Assembly: GCF_001194135.2 (NCBI RefSeq)
Contig: NC_068995.1
Coordinates: 54,229,290-54,293,289, forward strand
DNA: 64,000 nucleotides
Reading direction: 5' to 3'
Source of the DNA: Octopus bimaculoides
Lineage: Eukaryota
A model generated the notes under the pieces. It searched no databases and was not told the origin of the DNA. It saw only the letters and a program-made list of their open reading frames with translations. The position numbers were made by a program, and so were the translations under genes. Below are positions 1-12,390 of the stretch, piece by piece; positions within the stretch are counted from its first letter, which is position 1; the number at the start of each line of letters is the position of its first letter.

Positions 1-1115
1 AATAACATCGATAAAATCCCATTGTTTATAGAGTATCTCAATGTGTGCTGATATAGAGCTACTCATGAGCATCATCACCATAGCAATATTAGAACCGAGA
101 TTTTATAGACTGAATTGGTTCAGTACAAAACGTGCCGTATTTGTTCTTATAGGAAAGAGAGCAAAATCTGTATTGTGAAATTGAGGTCTCTATTACGCTA
201 CGTAATGCACAGAACATTTAATTAGACATATGAGTATAATAATATAGTATTCTCTTGTTTGAATGGCATGGCATAAAGATGGTTTTTAAATTTTGTACGA
301 ATATCATTGGAATAAAAATAAACTAAATCTAAAGTAGCGGAACGACTTTTGCTATGTAATATCAATTCTCAACACTGCGTTTCTATTATGGAGGTTTTGC
401 CCTTTTCCTTCAGTTCACATGGTAGATGGATTACCTGTCAAAAACTTTAATACTAATTACATAATTAAATATGACATTTTCCCATTCACACAAAGGATAA
501 TTTTTATCCTTCCAATACATCTATTAAGCATTGAAGCAATTAAAATATACATACTGAAGCTCACGTACTTAGTTGGAGAGAGAGAGAGAGAGAGAGTGAG
601 AGTGTGTGTGGGGAGCAAAACACAGTTAGAGAAAGGAACATAATTTGAGACTAATTCTAATTAAAGAGTTATATTCAGTAAAGAAATTTGAATCGCAGAC
701 CACGATTCGAAAATGTGATACCATATTGTGGATTGTTATATATTACATAACATTTTGTGCATCATAAATATATTTGTCTGTGACAATATATATCGCCTAT
801 GAGTAAATATAACTAGAGGAAATATTTTCATTTAATTTGATGTAAATAAAATTAACTTTTAAATGCAAAACGAATAATATCAACCGAAAATTGAGATCCC
901 CCAATGATATTTTTGCCTAAACCAATTATAGAAACACATTCATCAAATTCTCTAATTTATAGTGACACGACTGATATGAATTTTTATAGAGACACTGCAG
1001 TTAATCTTGATTTAAAATTTCTTCTTTAATCTATCTATCTCTTCCTCTGTCTTTATACATTTATACACATATACAAACATGCTGTTTATAAACATACCCA
1101 CGCGCACGCATTTAA

Positions 1116-1166
<51 letters not shown>

Positions 1167-2111
1167 CCTTGTATTATATGTGTGTTCGTGCGTTTGTATT
1201 TCAATAAATGATGTCATGTATGTATGAAATATGTACATAATATAACAGATATACATCATGTAATTTGGAACAAAACAAAACTGCTTGCTTCATAATATAC
1301 ACAACAAATTATAGCGGTATATATCAAACTGCAGTCAGTATTTCGTGACATAAAAATTATATAAATTTTCCTTTATATTCTTGGTGTCAGGAATAGGTTC
1401 ATAGAAAGAGTAGAGTCGAAATCCAACTGAGATAATTAACTATTTAGACACATTTTATACTTGCACAGATACACGCTCGCACACATATACACACAACTTT
1501 TGCACAAACATGCAAATGTGTATGTATGTGCGCTCAAAATTAATTTATTGCTAAACCAAATCGGTGATCCCGTTAAACATCACATTCTGACGACTTCATT
1601 TGGTGGAATCAATTTTCCGGTTATTTGTTCCAAGCAATCTTACGATTAGACTCAGAGTCACTTAACTTACCTTCAGAAATGATAATCCTCTATTGGCTAA
1701 AACATTAAATAAACACGCATAGACACGTTAACAGAATGCTACCGACACACCAATATATTTAAACGCAGAAGCAGACACACATATATCATTAGATTCTTAT
1801 ATGTCTTTTACTGTTCGCAGGCCAACGTCCATGCAAGGCTGCCGCCAATAAGCAGTGTAGTCGATCATATCTCATGTCGGTCTCAATTCATAACTTTGCT
1901 ACGCTTTTATCGACCTCTTTTGTCAAGCAGTCTGATTACAGAATATAAAAATAAAATACATGCACAGCACTAGACTTTTTAGGCAGTAACCATAAAGAGA
2001 GTGGTGGTTCCAGATATATGAACAAACGCTTACATACACATATACGCACATTACATGCGATCGTACGTGTGTGTAGCTAAATACAGATTTAGTTATAATT
2101 AAATGTCTCCT

Positions 2112-2142
<31 letters not shown>

Positions 2143-2619
2143 ATTTGCGAGGGTGTGACTGTGTGTATTCGCATTTGCCCTCAGTGTAAATGATAGATTT
2201 GTAGAAAAGATTTCTATTGTATCGCACGTTCGACGTATAATATAACGGGATGATAATGACGCCCTCACAAATCATTCTACTCGTGATACTGCTAATAACC
2301 CTCGAAAATACGCAACTCTCGGCTTTATTCTGATGAAGGATCTCTGCGTATGTCCATTTACATTGTGGCACAGTCTATTACGAGCCAACCAATAGGGGTG
2401 TTCTACTTCGACACAACAATTTCATGTATTAATAAGATAAGAAAAGAAAAAAAAAATATACATCAAACCTATTTGCATCATTGGAAATGATCGTCACATT
2501 TAACGCGGATTTTGTCATGAAAATAAAAGCTAAATATTCCAGGCGTCACCATTCTTTTCTCAGCTCGAATGTTTTTAGTAACAGATTTTTCAATATTTTA
2601 AAGACGAGTTTTGTTACTA

Positions 2620-3220
2620 AGCGGTTTGCACAGAAACTTTGTTTTGGATGAAATAAATTATAGTAGAGAGAACATAAATCTGTATCCCGAAATATGTAGC
2701 TCGAAGTGTATGATAGTGTGGCACGTGTTGCGCAAAAGAACTCATGCAATGGAAAAAGAGCTTCTAACCGTCCAAGGAATTGATTATGAGATCCATTATC
2801 GACCAATTTTTCTTTGACGGTTTTTCTCTAATAATGCCATCTAAGCCGAACCTAGTCATAAACTACAATGAAAAAATAAAGTAATGAGACTGCAATTTCA
2901 TGCTAAACACATCCTCAAACCACGCTTGAGATATCTGAACAGCTTTCCACCAGCTTTTCAGCAAAATCTATGGACTACAAATTCCTATGTAGTACGCATC
3001 TGGAAATCATGCAAGGTAAAATCCACCTGATGTACGTTTTCTTAGAAATACTCAAACCCTTCGTCATTTGCCTGGTTCTTGTTTTGGGCTTACTGGAAAT
3101 TTACACAACCGTCTGTGCAGACTAATTCTGTGAGGTTGAATCTGGTGGGAATTATTGAGTTTGAATCATAACGTAACGCTGTGCGTTAGATATCAAAATG
3201 TATTTAACAGAATATCAAAA
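2620..3220 (+). pseudogene. Possible highly decayed piggyBac-like transposase remnant
   Basis: Manual translation across frames gives, in piggyBac order, HRNFVLDEINYS, CGT, KPNLVINYNE, NSYVV, RHLP...RLCR and NVTLCV...C(F)TEY. There are many stops and frameshifts, and no TTAA/CCC termini were found. Confidence 0.3.
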
Positions 3221-4224
3221 TATTCTGCATATATGTTTAATATAAATAACAATACAGATGATAAATTCAAAATACCAGGTGATAATATATGGTTGAAAAC
3301 GAAACTTCACGTATGTTGAAAACATCCACATAGCATCAAACGAATACATCGTCAATAATGTGATAGTAGCCTTAATCAAGTGATTGAGGATGTTAATGCC
3401 ATTTACAATGAGAAGGAAATGTCGAAATCATGTTCTTTCCCTGTTAACATTAGTAGTTTATAAATTAATTCGATTCTTGAGAAAATGTGTGAAATTGAGG
3501 TGAAAATATCCTAAAACCTGTTATCGGATTAAACGGCAGCATTCCTTACAACTCAACGATACTCTAGAACATTACGCCCTATCGATTATGATATTAAAAT
3601 ATCTTCATAACACTTCGGTTTCATATCAAAAGAATGCCATCCAAGAGAGGAAGAAAACATTTTGAAGAAAGAACAAGCAAAATGAAAAATAACAATAATA
3701 ATAGCTCACGAATTATCTCTGCTGCTTAAAAGAGGTGAAATAAAAAGAAATGGTTTGTGTTTCAGATAACCAAACTGGCATAAACACGTAGTAAGTGATG
3801 AATCATAAATTTCTATAGTGTTTTTAGAATTTACATTAAAGGAAGATCTCATATATTTAAGTTTCTACACTACAGAGAGTAGACATTATAGCATTAATTA
3901 AATCAAGTACCAACAATTGGAATGTAGGGAGACAAATAAGGGTACGATAAATCGTGTGAGAGGTATGCTGTAAGAACAGTCATTTAAGAGCTGCATCACT
4001 GATTATGATAATGTCCAATGCATACGATAGAAAATAAATATATGAAACGCCCATTTCTGTATGCATAGACTTCACGCATGCATGAACTCACATGTGTATG
4101 TCTATGTGTATATGAATATATATGAATTTATGTTTGTCTGTGTCTTTCTTTATTTCTTGCTTTATATGTGTGTGTATGTATATATATATAAATACTCACA
4201 CACGCACATATAAATACATGTATG

Positions 4225-4266
<42 letters not shown>

Positions 4267-4391
4267 TAAACTCAGTTGGATTATGATATTATATCCGATA
4301 TCATGAATCTTATATATAAATGGCAATTTCTGTCTATTAGAACTTTACCAACACAATGAAATAATAACACTATATATAATGTCTTCCACTA

Positions 4392-4830
4392 TTCCTTAAC
4401 GCTTGCCCCCCACCTCACAACTTTCACCTCAAAATCGACGTACCAGTGATGTTTTAAGAAACCTAGACTCACCCAAGCTTTGAAGTGGCACACTTAAAAT
4501 CAACAAGATGATGTCAAAAGTTTACAGGCGACCATTCTCACTGGCAAAAGAAGCGGTGAGGTCGGCTTCATACCACGAATTCCGCTGATCCCTTCTGACA
4601 AACTATTTCAGTTCAAGCGATTGCAATTTCCTCTGAAACTAAAGTTTGCAATGACCATAAACAAGGTTGATGGACTGTCACTGTTGGTGGGTTGGCCTAA
4701 ACCTTGTAGAACCCGCTTCTTCCCAACAGTTTCTACGATGCTCAAGACACGGCAATCCAAATAATTTGCTTATGCTCCAGAGGACAAGCCCCAAAATGTA
4801 GTATATGACGAGGCTTTACAAAATACTTAA
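4392..4830 (+). mobile_element. Helitron Pif1-family helicase C-terminal remnant (pseudogenised)
   Basis: Frameshifted translation FLN..PPHNFHLKIDVPVM / RNLDSPKL / QATILTGKRSGEVGFIPRIPLIPSDKLFQFKRLQFPLKLKFAMTINK..GLSL / NVVYDEAL matches the Helitron RepHel consensus PPH.L.LK.G.P.MLLRNL...IPRI...RLQFP..LAFAMTINKSQGQSL...NVVY.E.L. Confidence 0.9.
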
Positions 4831-7459
4831 CAATCAACTATCAATCAATTATTTCAGAGTTGTACACTGTCAATCCTCTTATCGTTCCAACCGTCCTCCA
4901 ATTCAACTTTGATATTGCCTTACCATAACTATTAATCACGTGATAGGACATAAAACAGTGTAATGAGAACAGGAAAGGAAACGGCTTCCGCTTTTCTGGG
5001 TTTTCGAGTAATTCAGTTAGTTATATAATAATCACTCTTACATCTGAAGTGCCACACAGATAAGTGAGATAACAGGGAGCTTTGTGATGATATTTCACAT
5101 ACATAGACAAATATGTATACATGAATATATGTTTCTGTTTGTCAACGCATATGGCTATGCATACGCACACAAGAACACACACACTCACACATATATGTGT
5201 CCTATATATGTATGTATGTGGAATGAGGTGGGGACTGTTTACTTTTGAAATGTCTCTGTATAAGTATGTACGTATAAGTGTGCATACATGGCTGTGTGTG
5301 TGTGTGCGTTTTGTTGTTGAAAGTCAATACTTCCCTGAATGGTACGTATGTGTATATACATGTATACAAAAACAGATGTTGCGTGCTATGCAATCAGAAG
5401 GTACATTAAAAACTGAACCTTTACTCAAATTGAAACACACACATACAAACATACCTCCCTACACACATACACATCTACGTGCGCACAGAGGTGTTTTAAT
5501 CATATACACAACCGCTTATGTGGGCGACAGTGTATGCAATATATATCACAGAAAAAAAAAAACAAGCAAACAAAGAACCCGAACAAGAGTTATAAGAGAA
5601 TAAAAGAAAAGAAACAATAGAAGCTTCGAGAATGAGCTTAGGTAAAATCCTGGTAAACCATAAAACTTGATTTTCTCAGTGCTATAAGAATACCTAGTAA
5701 ACTTAATTCGTATGTGATACACTTGCTTTGTAGCTGCGAGGGAAATTTACAGATTAACGTTCAGATAATTTAATTAAAAAAATCACGTTTCATTCTCAGA
5801 AAAAACATTAATATCTGCAGCATAAAAATCATTATTGAAAAGAATCATCTATTAGAATTGTTTTCTTGCCGATACCTAAGCGTCTCATAGCTAAAGTTAT
5901 TTATCTAAATACCTAAACTTTCAATCTTAATGGAGTGTTTTTAGGAGCAGAGTAAAGCAGATAATAGCGGCACGTATTTTGAGATTTTTCCTTTAATTTT
6001 TGGCTTTGATTCCAGCAAACTATCAACATCAGTTATTTTAACCCTTACCGAACCAGAAAATATTGTTTGTGAGGGAATAAAGAAAAATACATCACTGAGA
6101 TTTATAGCTTTTTAAAAGTGAAATATTTCGAATATAGTTTAGAGAAATGCCATAAATTTTAATATAGAATGGTCGTATTCTAAGTAGTTAGAAATATCTG
6201 TCATTTAAGAGGAATAAATTGTTTATTGTGCCATAGGATCGTTGCTAGGAATGATAGGTTACTATATTTCATTGAATTGTCCCCATAAGACCAGCTTTTA
6301 CCTGGTTTATTGAGCCTTTTAAATTGTTATTCATCGCACATATTTGAGTTCATATAAATAAGTGAGTTTCCTAGCAAGAAATAAACTACGCTGTCATTTT
6401 TTCCCCTTTTTCTAACGGCAACATCAATCCAACAACCAATATATAATGATGTGTGTAGTTGAACAAAATTTACGCTTTCCGCAGAACTTTTAATCATTTC
6501 CAGCCTGGTCACAGTGACTACAAGATATTTCAGTCATATATTCCAGGGACAATCAGTAAAGCATTTGAAAACCGACCTGCTGAAACTGTTTTGTCTAAAT
6601 TTATGACATTTCCATTTATTTTACTGTATTCATCACACGGGACACACCAAAGGTTTTCAAATGTCCTCCTTCATTCTCGCATGCTAAAAGTTGTCAAATA
6701 AAATAAATTTATAAAAAAAGTGCAAAAGCCAGTAAAACAAGAAGAGAATAAGAGAAATCTTTGCACCGTAACCATCACAGTTATTGCTTTATAGCAAGCT
6801 AATAACAATGATCTATAAGTTCTGAAATTTAACACTGAAGTGGTATGGATGCAAGTGAAATAATGCTATTACATGAGCGGTGGGCATATACTAGGAGCGA
6901 GGAAAAATGGAAGACGGCCGAAATATCTTTTTATCTTTGCTGTCATGAACTGGGACACCACGTTCATTCTTGTTTTTCATTTAAGAGAACAGATGAAAAG
7001 AAATAGTATTTCTCGCTCTGTTCCTGTCTCTCGTTCTCTTTGTCTGTCTCTCATAGTCCCTGTCTCTCTAACTCTTCCTGTCTCCTCCCCTTCTCTGATA
7101 CTGGGGTTAAAAGTTTAATCAATTTACCTAATCTGGAAACAGGATTTGGAAACTGGCATTTTCTGCATGATAGCTGTCTATCACAAAATGAAAGCAAAAT
7201 CATTCCGATGAGGAAATATTATTAAACAAAGGAAAGTAAAGCATTATGGTGACGGAAGTTGTAAGAACATCTGAAGTTTTCATAAGTTTTAACGAATAAA
7301 TTCATAGGAGACGGTCGACTAAACATGAAGGATTTTTAAAAGTATTGACACACACGCACGCACGCACACACCCACACACATACACACATGATGCTGTCCA
7401 TAATTTTACCGTCTCACAATTTCATCCACATGACATCAGTTGAACCGTGTCTAGAGTAC

Positions 7460-7546
7460 AAAACACCCGAATTGCCAAGCAGTATGACTGAATAGGAGAC
7501 CAAATGCTTCCAAAGTGAGTTTCTTAACCACAGTCATGCTTTCGCC
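7460..7546 (-). mobile_element. Degenerate fragment of tRNA-headed CORE-like SINE (family C, 5' part)
   Basis: Weak similarity to the copies at 39423-39589 and 49095-49240 (tgccaagcagt.tgactgaa...tttcttaaccacag.cat). Confidence 0.45.
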
Positions 7547-7726
7547 GAAATTGAGTTTTCATTGACAGATCTCGACAATGCTAAGAAATTAATTTGGGCC
7601 TCTAAATTTTCAAATGAATTCAGCGCGTTCCATTGTACAATAATTAGGATATGTTAAATATTTGAAACTAAATGCTTATCGTTCAGTGAATTCTCATTTC
7701 CATTCAATCTAATCTACTGAATAACC

Positions 7727-8248
7727 GGCACTGTCATGGTATTAGCTGTCAGAAGTGAAAGTAGAAAAATCTGACAAGGAACGTTACTGCTGGTTTGAGT
7801 TGATTCTTTGGCTACTGACAGCTAATACCATGACTGGCCGGAGCGAGCTATCTGTCTGTCTGTCTCTCTCTCTATCTATCACTCGAAAGTTATTGGAACA
7901 AATTTGACACCTATATCCATGCGTTTGAAAACACACAGAATATAAGGGTACTACTAAAGCAGAGTGGTCCCGAACGCGCAGTCGCGTGTCCGCGCTAGCT
8001 AGTCGTGAGTGGTCGATCCTATTATTTTTAAACTTCAAACTTCATTTGTTTTCTATATTCTACGGACACAAACAGAGGTGAACGAGTGATAGATAGATAG
8101 ATAGATATATAGAGAGAGATAGTGAGATAGACAGACAGACAGATAGATAGCTCCGGCTAGTCAGTAGCCAAAGAATCAACTCAAACCAGCAGTAACGTTC
8201 CTTGTCAGTTCTACTTTCAATTCTGACAGCTAATACCATGACAGTGCC
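7727..8248. mobile_element. Non-autonomous DNA transposon (MITE), about 160-bp TIRs, 8-bp TSD, Merlin-like
   Basis: Arms 7727-7885 and 8083-8248 are reverse complements. The outer ~90 bp differ by one substitution and one 4-nt indel. Termini are GGCACTGT...ACAGTGCC. A perfect direct repeat GAATAACC lies at 7719-7726 and 8249-8256. There is no ORF. Confidence 0.92.
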
Positions 8249-8969
8249 GAATAACCAAATATTATCTATAAGGGAAATGCATATTTAATACATATTTACA
8301 CCAATATACGACAGCTATTAAATTTTAATATTCAACTTTCGGAAGTAAAGAGCAGCTAATAAAGGATTTTAATTTAGAATAATGAAAAACGAAAATGAAG
8401 AAAGAAAAGATACTTTTTTTTTAACAAAAAAATTGTTTCTGGCATCTTCGTTAGTTTACGAAGCTAATAATATGCACCCAACTTTTAAAAAAAGCTAAAA
8501 GGGGAAAGTGATTACCATAAAATAATTACTTCCCACAAAGCATTTCGATATTCAGAAAGCGCAAACAATTTTAGCATATTTGTTTTAAATTTAGAAACCT
8601 TGCAATTAGCTGTAAATTCATTATTAAATGTTGTAATACTAATTAAACCCCCACAGCCCCAGTAAGCACTAAGGTGATTCTACTCTTGGAAAACATGAAC
8701 GTAAAATACTGCAGTAGGTACATAATTCTTGTATCTGTTCGTTTTTACTGCAGGACACGTTTGTTTCATTTTCTGTGCACCTAAAACTATGGATGCATGA
8801 AGAATCATATCAATGAATGAACTGTAAAACACCGAATATATACTGATGCCATGGTTTCATATATTTGGAAATGTTGGATTAATCAAAAATATGTATGAAG
8901 TCAATAAACAAAACCTCTGACAAACGAGAAGAGATAACTATTAAGATTTTTGTGATTTGAAGGAAATTT

Positions 8970-9026
8970 GCTGGCGCATTTAGCTGGCGCATTTAGCTGG
9001 CGCATTTAGCTGGCGCATTTAGCTGG
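8970..9026. repeat. Perfect 13-bp tandem repeat (GCTGGCGCATTTA) x4.4
   Basis: Units at 8970, 8983, 8996 and 9009, plus a partial GCTGG. Confidence 0.97.
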
Positions 9027-10046
9027 TCGAGTGGCTGCTTATAGTGTTCCTCGTTATATCTAACAGAAGTGGTTAAATACAGCAAATGTTAGATGCACTT
9101 TCTCATTGTTCTTCAGATTTATACATAGTTGTAGTGTCTATGAAAATTACTGAACTATATTTTGTAGCTAGTAGACACGTATGTTTTCCCTTGAAACCAG
9201 TGCCGACGAAGTGGTAATTAGAAACGTTATGCACCAATGAACAACACGATGTTACGGTAGTTAATTCTCAAAAGCTAGTTTGTATGACTTCTCCTCAGTC
9301 AACTGTATCAAGGAGTTGATAGATTCCAGGACATTCTGGCGCGAAAGTTTTAAGTTCTTTATTTCAGTCTTATTAAGTGGTAATTGATATTTCCTCATAG
9401 AATTGATGTGGAAAATACCTTTATTCGAAAATGTCTTATTGGATTTTAAAGAAGGAGTTTTTATTCTTGTATATTGGTTTAGTCTGTAATATCAATGACC
9501 TGGCTTTTTTAGCATTCAGAAGTGATCAACGTGTTTCTAGAACTGTAATCGTAATAGATATCTGAGCATGAAACATATATTTAAGCCTCAATGCAGTGGA
9601 AAACAAAGTTGGGTTTAAAGAACTGGAGTTCTTAGATTTCTTATTCAATTCTGCAGTGCAGCCATGTGGGGAGGTGAACATCGCTTTAGTGTACATTGAA
9701 ATATTATTTTGTGAATGAAATTTTGTAGCCGGAAATTGCGAAGACTCTATCAAGAACTGATGGGAGAATGTTAGAAATACAAGTATCGAATAAAAAATAT
9801 AAATACAATTCCTTTCCGCCTCGATTAATTCCCTGCACACCCTGTCGCTGAGTATTTATGTTTGCACTTGATAGATATGATTATTAAGTAGTCGGAGATA
9901 AAATAGTAGTGTTGATAATCCGCTACAAAACATAAAAATTGCATTGCACTTAGAAGGATGCGACTCAAATTGTAAATTAATAAAATAATCAAGGAATATA
10001 TTCTGTAAAATAACATGAAGTGCAATAGCAGACACCAGTATCTTAC

Positions 10047-10178
10047 CTTTACGTTGAAATGATTTCGGAGCAAAGCGATCCCCGATAAATATGTACCAGT
10101 AATATAAGTGTTATACTGTAATGGATTTAGCTTCAAGTATCTTCTGGAACGGTGGTCATTGTTCGAAATGGAAGGGAT
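10047..10178 (-). CDS. Candidate internal exon, 132 nt, phase 0-0 (IPSISNNDHRSRRYLKLNPLQYNTYITGTYLSGIALLRNHFNVK)
   Basis: Minus-strand acceptor tttttttttccatcagttaattcag| and donor AAG|gtaaga. Only one frame is open. No family recognised. Confidence 0.3.
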
Positions 10179-11005
10179 CTGAATTAACTGATGGAAAAAA
10201 AAATACAACTTTTTTCCTCCAGTTCATAGCCAGTAATGTAAATGGTTTAATGAATTCGTATTACGGATTTTATTTCCTTACGTAGATGAGTGTTGTGTAA
10301 TTGGAAAGAAATTAGTTTTCAATTAGAAGAGAAACCAAAATCTAGATTCGTTTCTTACTCAATGGCGCCCGAAATGTTGTGAAGTAAAAATAAAAGAGAA
10401 AGCAACGATTAATTTAGAGCTTGTATAGCCAAGAGATATTGGTAATCAGCATGAAGCTAATTATTTACGACAACCCAATTAATAATATTTTAGCTAATAA
10501 TTAGTATTTTAAGAATTTATTAAAGTGCTGAAAATAAAAAAAAAAGATATAGACAGAAACTAAAATCAAATATTGGGTCAGTACCAATTATATTGTTAAG
10601 CTAATGTTTAATTTAGGAAAGGAAAAGCAAAATACACTCTACGTTACTTTGTATACAATTACATAATAGATGAAATGTTATCGTCGCTTTAAATTAAAGA
10701 CAGTATTTGCTTATACGTATTTGGGTCTTGAGTTGTTCATCCGAAGACTATAAATGAAGGAGCCTAATATATGAATCGCTGAGTAGAAAATAGAAACCTC
10801 GACAATTCCCTCCAGTGCACTTCTATGAATTGAAAGAATATTGAATTTATTTTCATGAATTAATTATAAAAGAACAACCGTAATGGCACCCATATATGCT
10901 CTCGAAGGTTAAAGATTAGAAGGGAGAAATTATCCCTTGAACAAAGGCATTGCATGATTGCTTATGTGTGGATGTTTTAGATGAACAGAGGTAGAATTAC
11001 TCGAG

Positions 11006-12390
11006 GCAAATGAAATGTGTGAGGCCTTTCAACAGCATTTTGCCCGACTGTTCGGGATGTGTGGCAAGCGAGAACGCAGCGTGGACTTCAGTGCCTACCT
11101 GCACAGCCTGCCACGACTCTCATGGCGGCGGAAGTGCGAGACGCGACGGCAGAATGCTCGAGGGACAAATCGCTGGGTTTGTATGGTCTACTCTACGAGC
11201 TTTACAGTTGTATGCCTGACTTGTTTGGAGACGTCTTAACAGCAGAGTACTGCAACTGGTAGCAAAACGGGAGCATCACCTATTTTGTGAACAGAAGAGC
11301 TGTAATGCTGCTGAAAGATCCAAACAAGGTGGCGTAATAGATAATTTTAGGCCCATCACTCTGCTCAATGCAGACTTGGAAATTTTGGCCAAGTTGTTAG
11401 TCAAGAGGTTGGCGCTTGTCATCGAGAAACTGGTCGACAAGGCGCAAACGTGCGCCGTGCCGGGCGGGAGCATCCATGACAACCTACATCTGATGCGCTA
11501 CATCATAGACAAGGTAATTAAGGAACCTGGTATGGGCGGGGTCCTGATCAACTTGGATCAATCTAAAGCTTTCGATAGGGTAGACCATCGATACTTAGAG
11601 GCTGTCGTTATAGCGGGTGGTTTCGGTCAGGTCTTCCGCGGTTGGATAGCCGCTTTGTACAGAGGCATCCGTTCGGTAATTCGCGTAAATGGTCATCCAT
11701 CAAGACCTCTCGACATTGCACGTTTGGTCCGTCAGGGATGCTCCCTCTCGTCGCTTCTATACGTATTGACTCTCGAGCCACTACTGCGGAAGCTGGCGAC
11801 GCTGAGGGACATCTCGCGAGAATTGGGATGCGGGACGAGCGTGTCTGTATACGCGGACGACGTCACCGTCATAGTGTCCAGCCAGAAGCACATCGAGCTG
11901 GTCGATGAGACAGTGAAAGACTACGAAGCAGTAACAGGAGCAAAAATCAACCGGGATATGTCAGTGGGATTGCGGCTCGGCACCTGGATAAGCAAGCCCA
12001 GCCATCCACCAGCGCCTCTGCCGTGGGACGCTGGACCGACAGTCCGGTCGAGTTGCTCGGGGTCTGGTTTGGTACGGACATCTTACCAGCCACTTACTCT
12101 AATGTTTTTGTTTTTTCCATGGCACTATTGCCCAAGGTTCCCCTGTTTTTTTCCCGTAGGCATTTCTTTCCACGGATAGAACTAATCTGTTTTACCTTTT
12201 TACATTTTTTGCGATACACGATCCCTATTGATCGCCCCCCCCCTTTTTTACACGATCCCTTTTGATCGGAATTCGACTGACTTTTAAAAAAAAGTTCTTC
12301 TTTTCTTCTACTTGTTCTTCCCAAAAAGAAAAGCTCTACTTTGTATCTGGTCCCCACTGTGTTCAGCCCTGAGTGGCCAATAAAGAAACA
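11006..12390 (+). mobile_element. 5'-truncated, internally deleted L1/Tx1-clade LINE (RT domain plus 3' UTR)
   Basis: GC-rich island encoding DKSLGLYGLLYELY (SPG.DGL..E.Y), NFRPITLLNAD.EILAK, QTCAVPG.SIHDN, LDQSKAFDRVDH, VRQGC.LS.LLYVL.LEPL, YADD (11850-11861), GAKIN and ELLGVWFG. It has frameshifts and a stop, followed by a T-rich UTR ending AATAAAGAAA near 12381-12390. Confidence 0.93.
11015..12085 (+). pseudogene. ORF2 reverse transcriptase pseudogene of the L1/Tx1 element
   Basis: ORFs 11015, 11059, 11376 and 12023 are successive frames of one broken RT ORF. Confidence 0.9.

Noticed and set aside
1671-1696. 26-nt minus-strand exon-like segment (ttttag|...AAG|gtaagt)
   Set aside because: Too short to assess and phase-incompatible with the 10047 candidate; such matches arise by chance in AT-rich DNA.
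4830-5020. Helitron 3' hairpin plus CTRR terminus
   Set aside because: No convincing GC-rich hairpin followed by CTRR was found.
6630-6690. CENEGGHL (lectin-like) and nearby YIGCWID (WSC-like) on the minus strand
   Set aside because: Isolated short motifs with stops close by and no convincing donor.
9575-9660. LRR-like IYLSLNAV...LEFLDFLFN
   Set aside because: Repeat spacing is only 19 aa, stops lie on both sides, and there are no splice sites.
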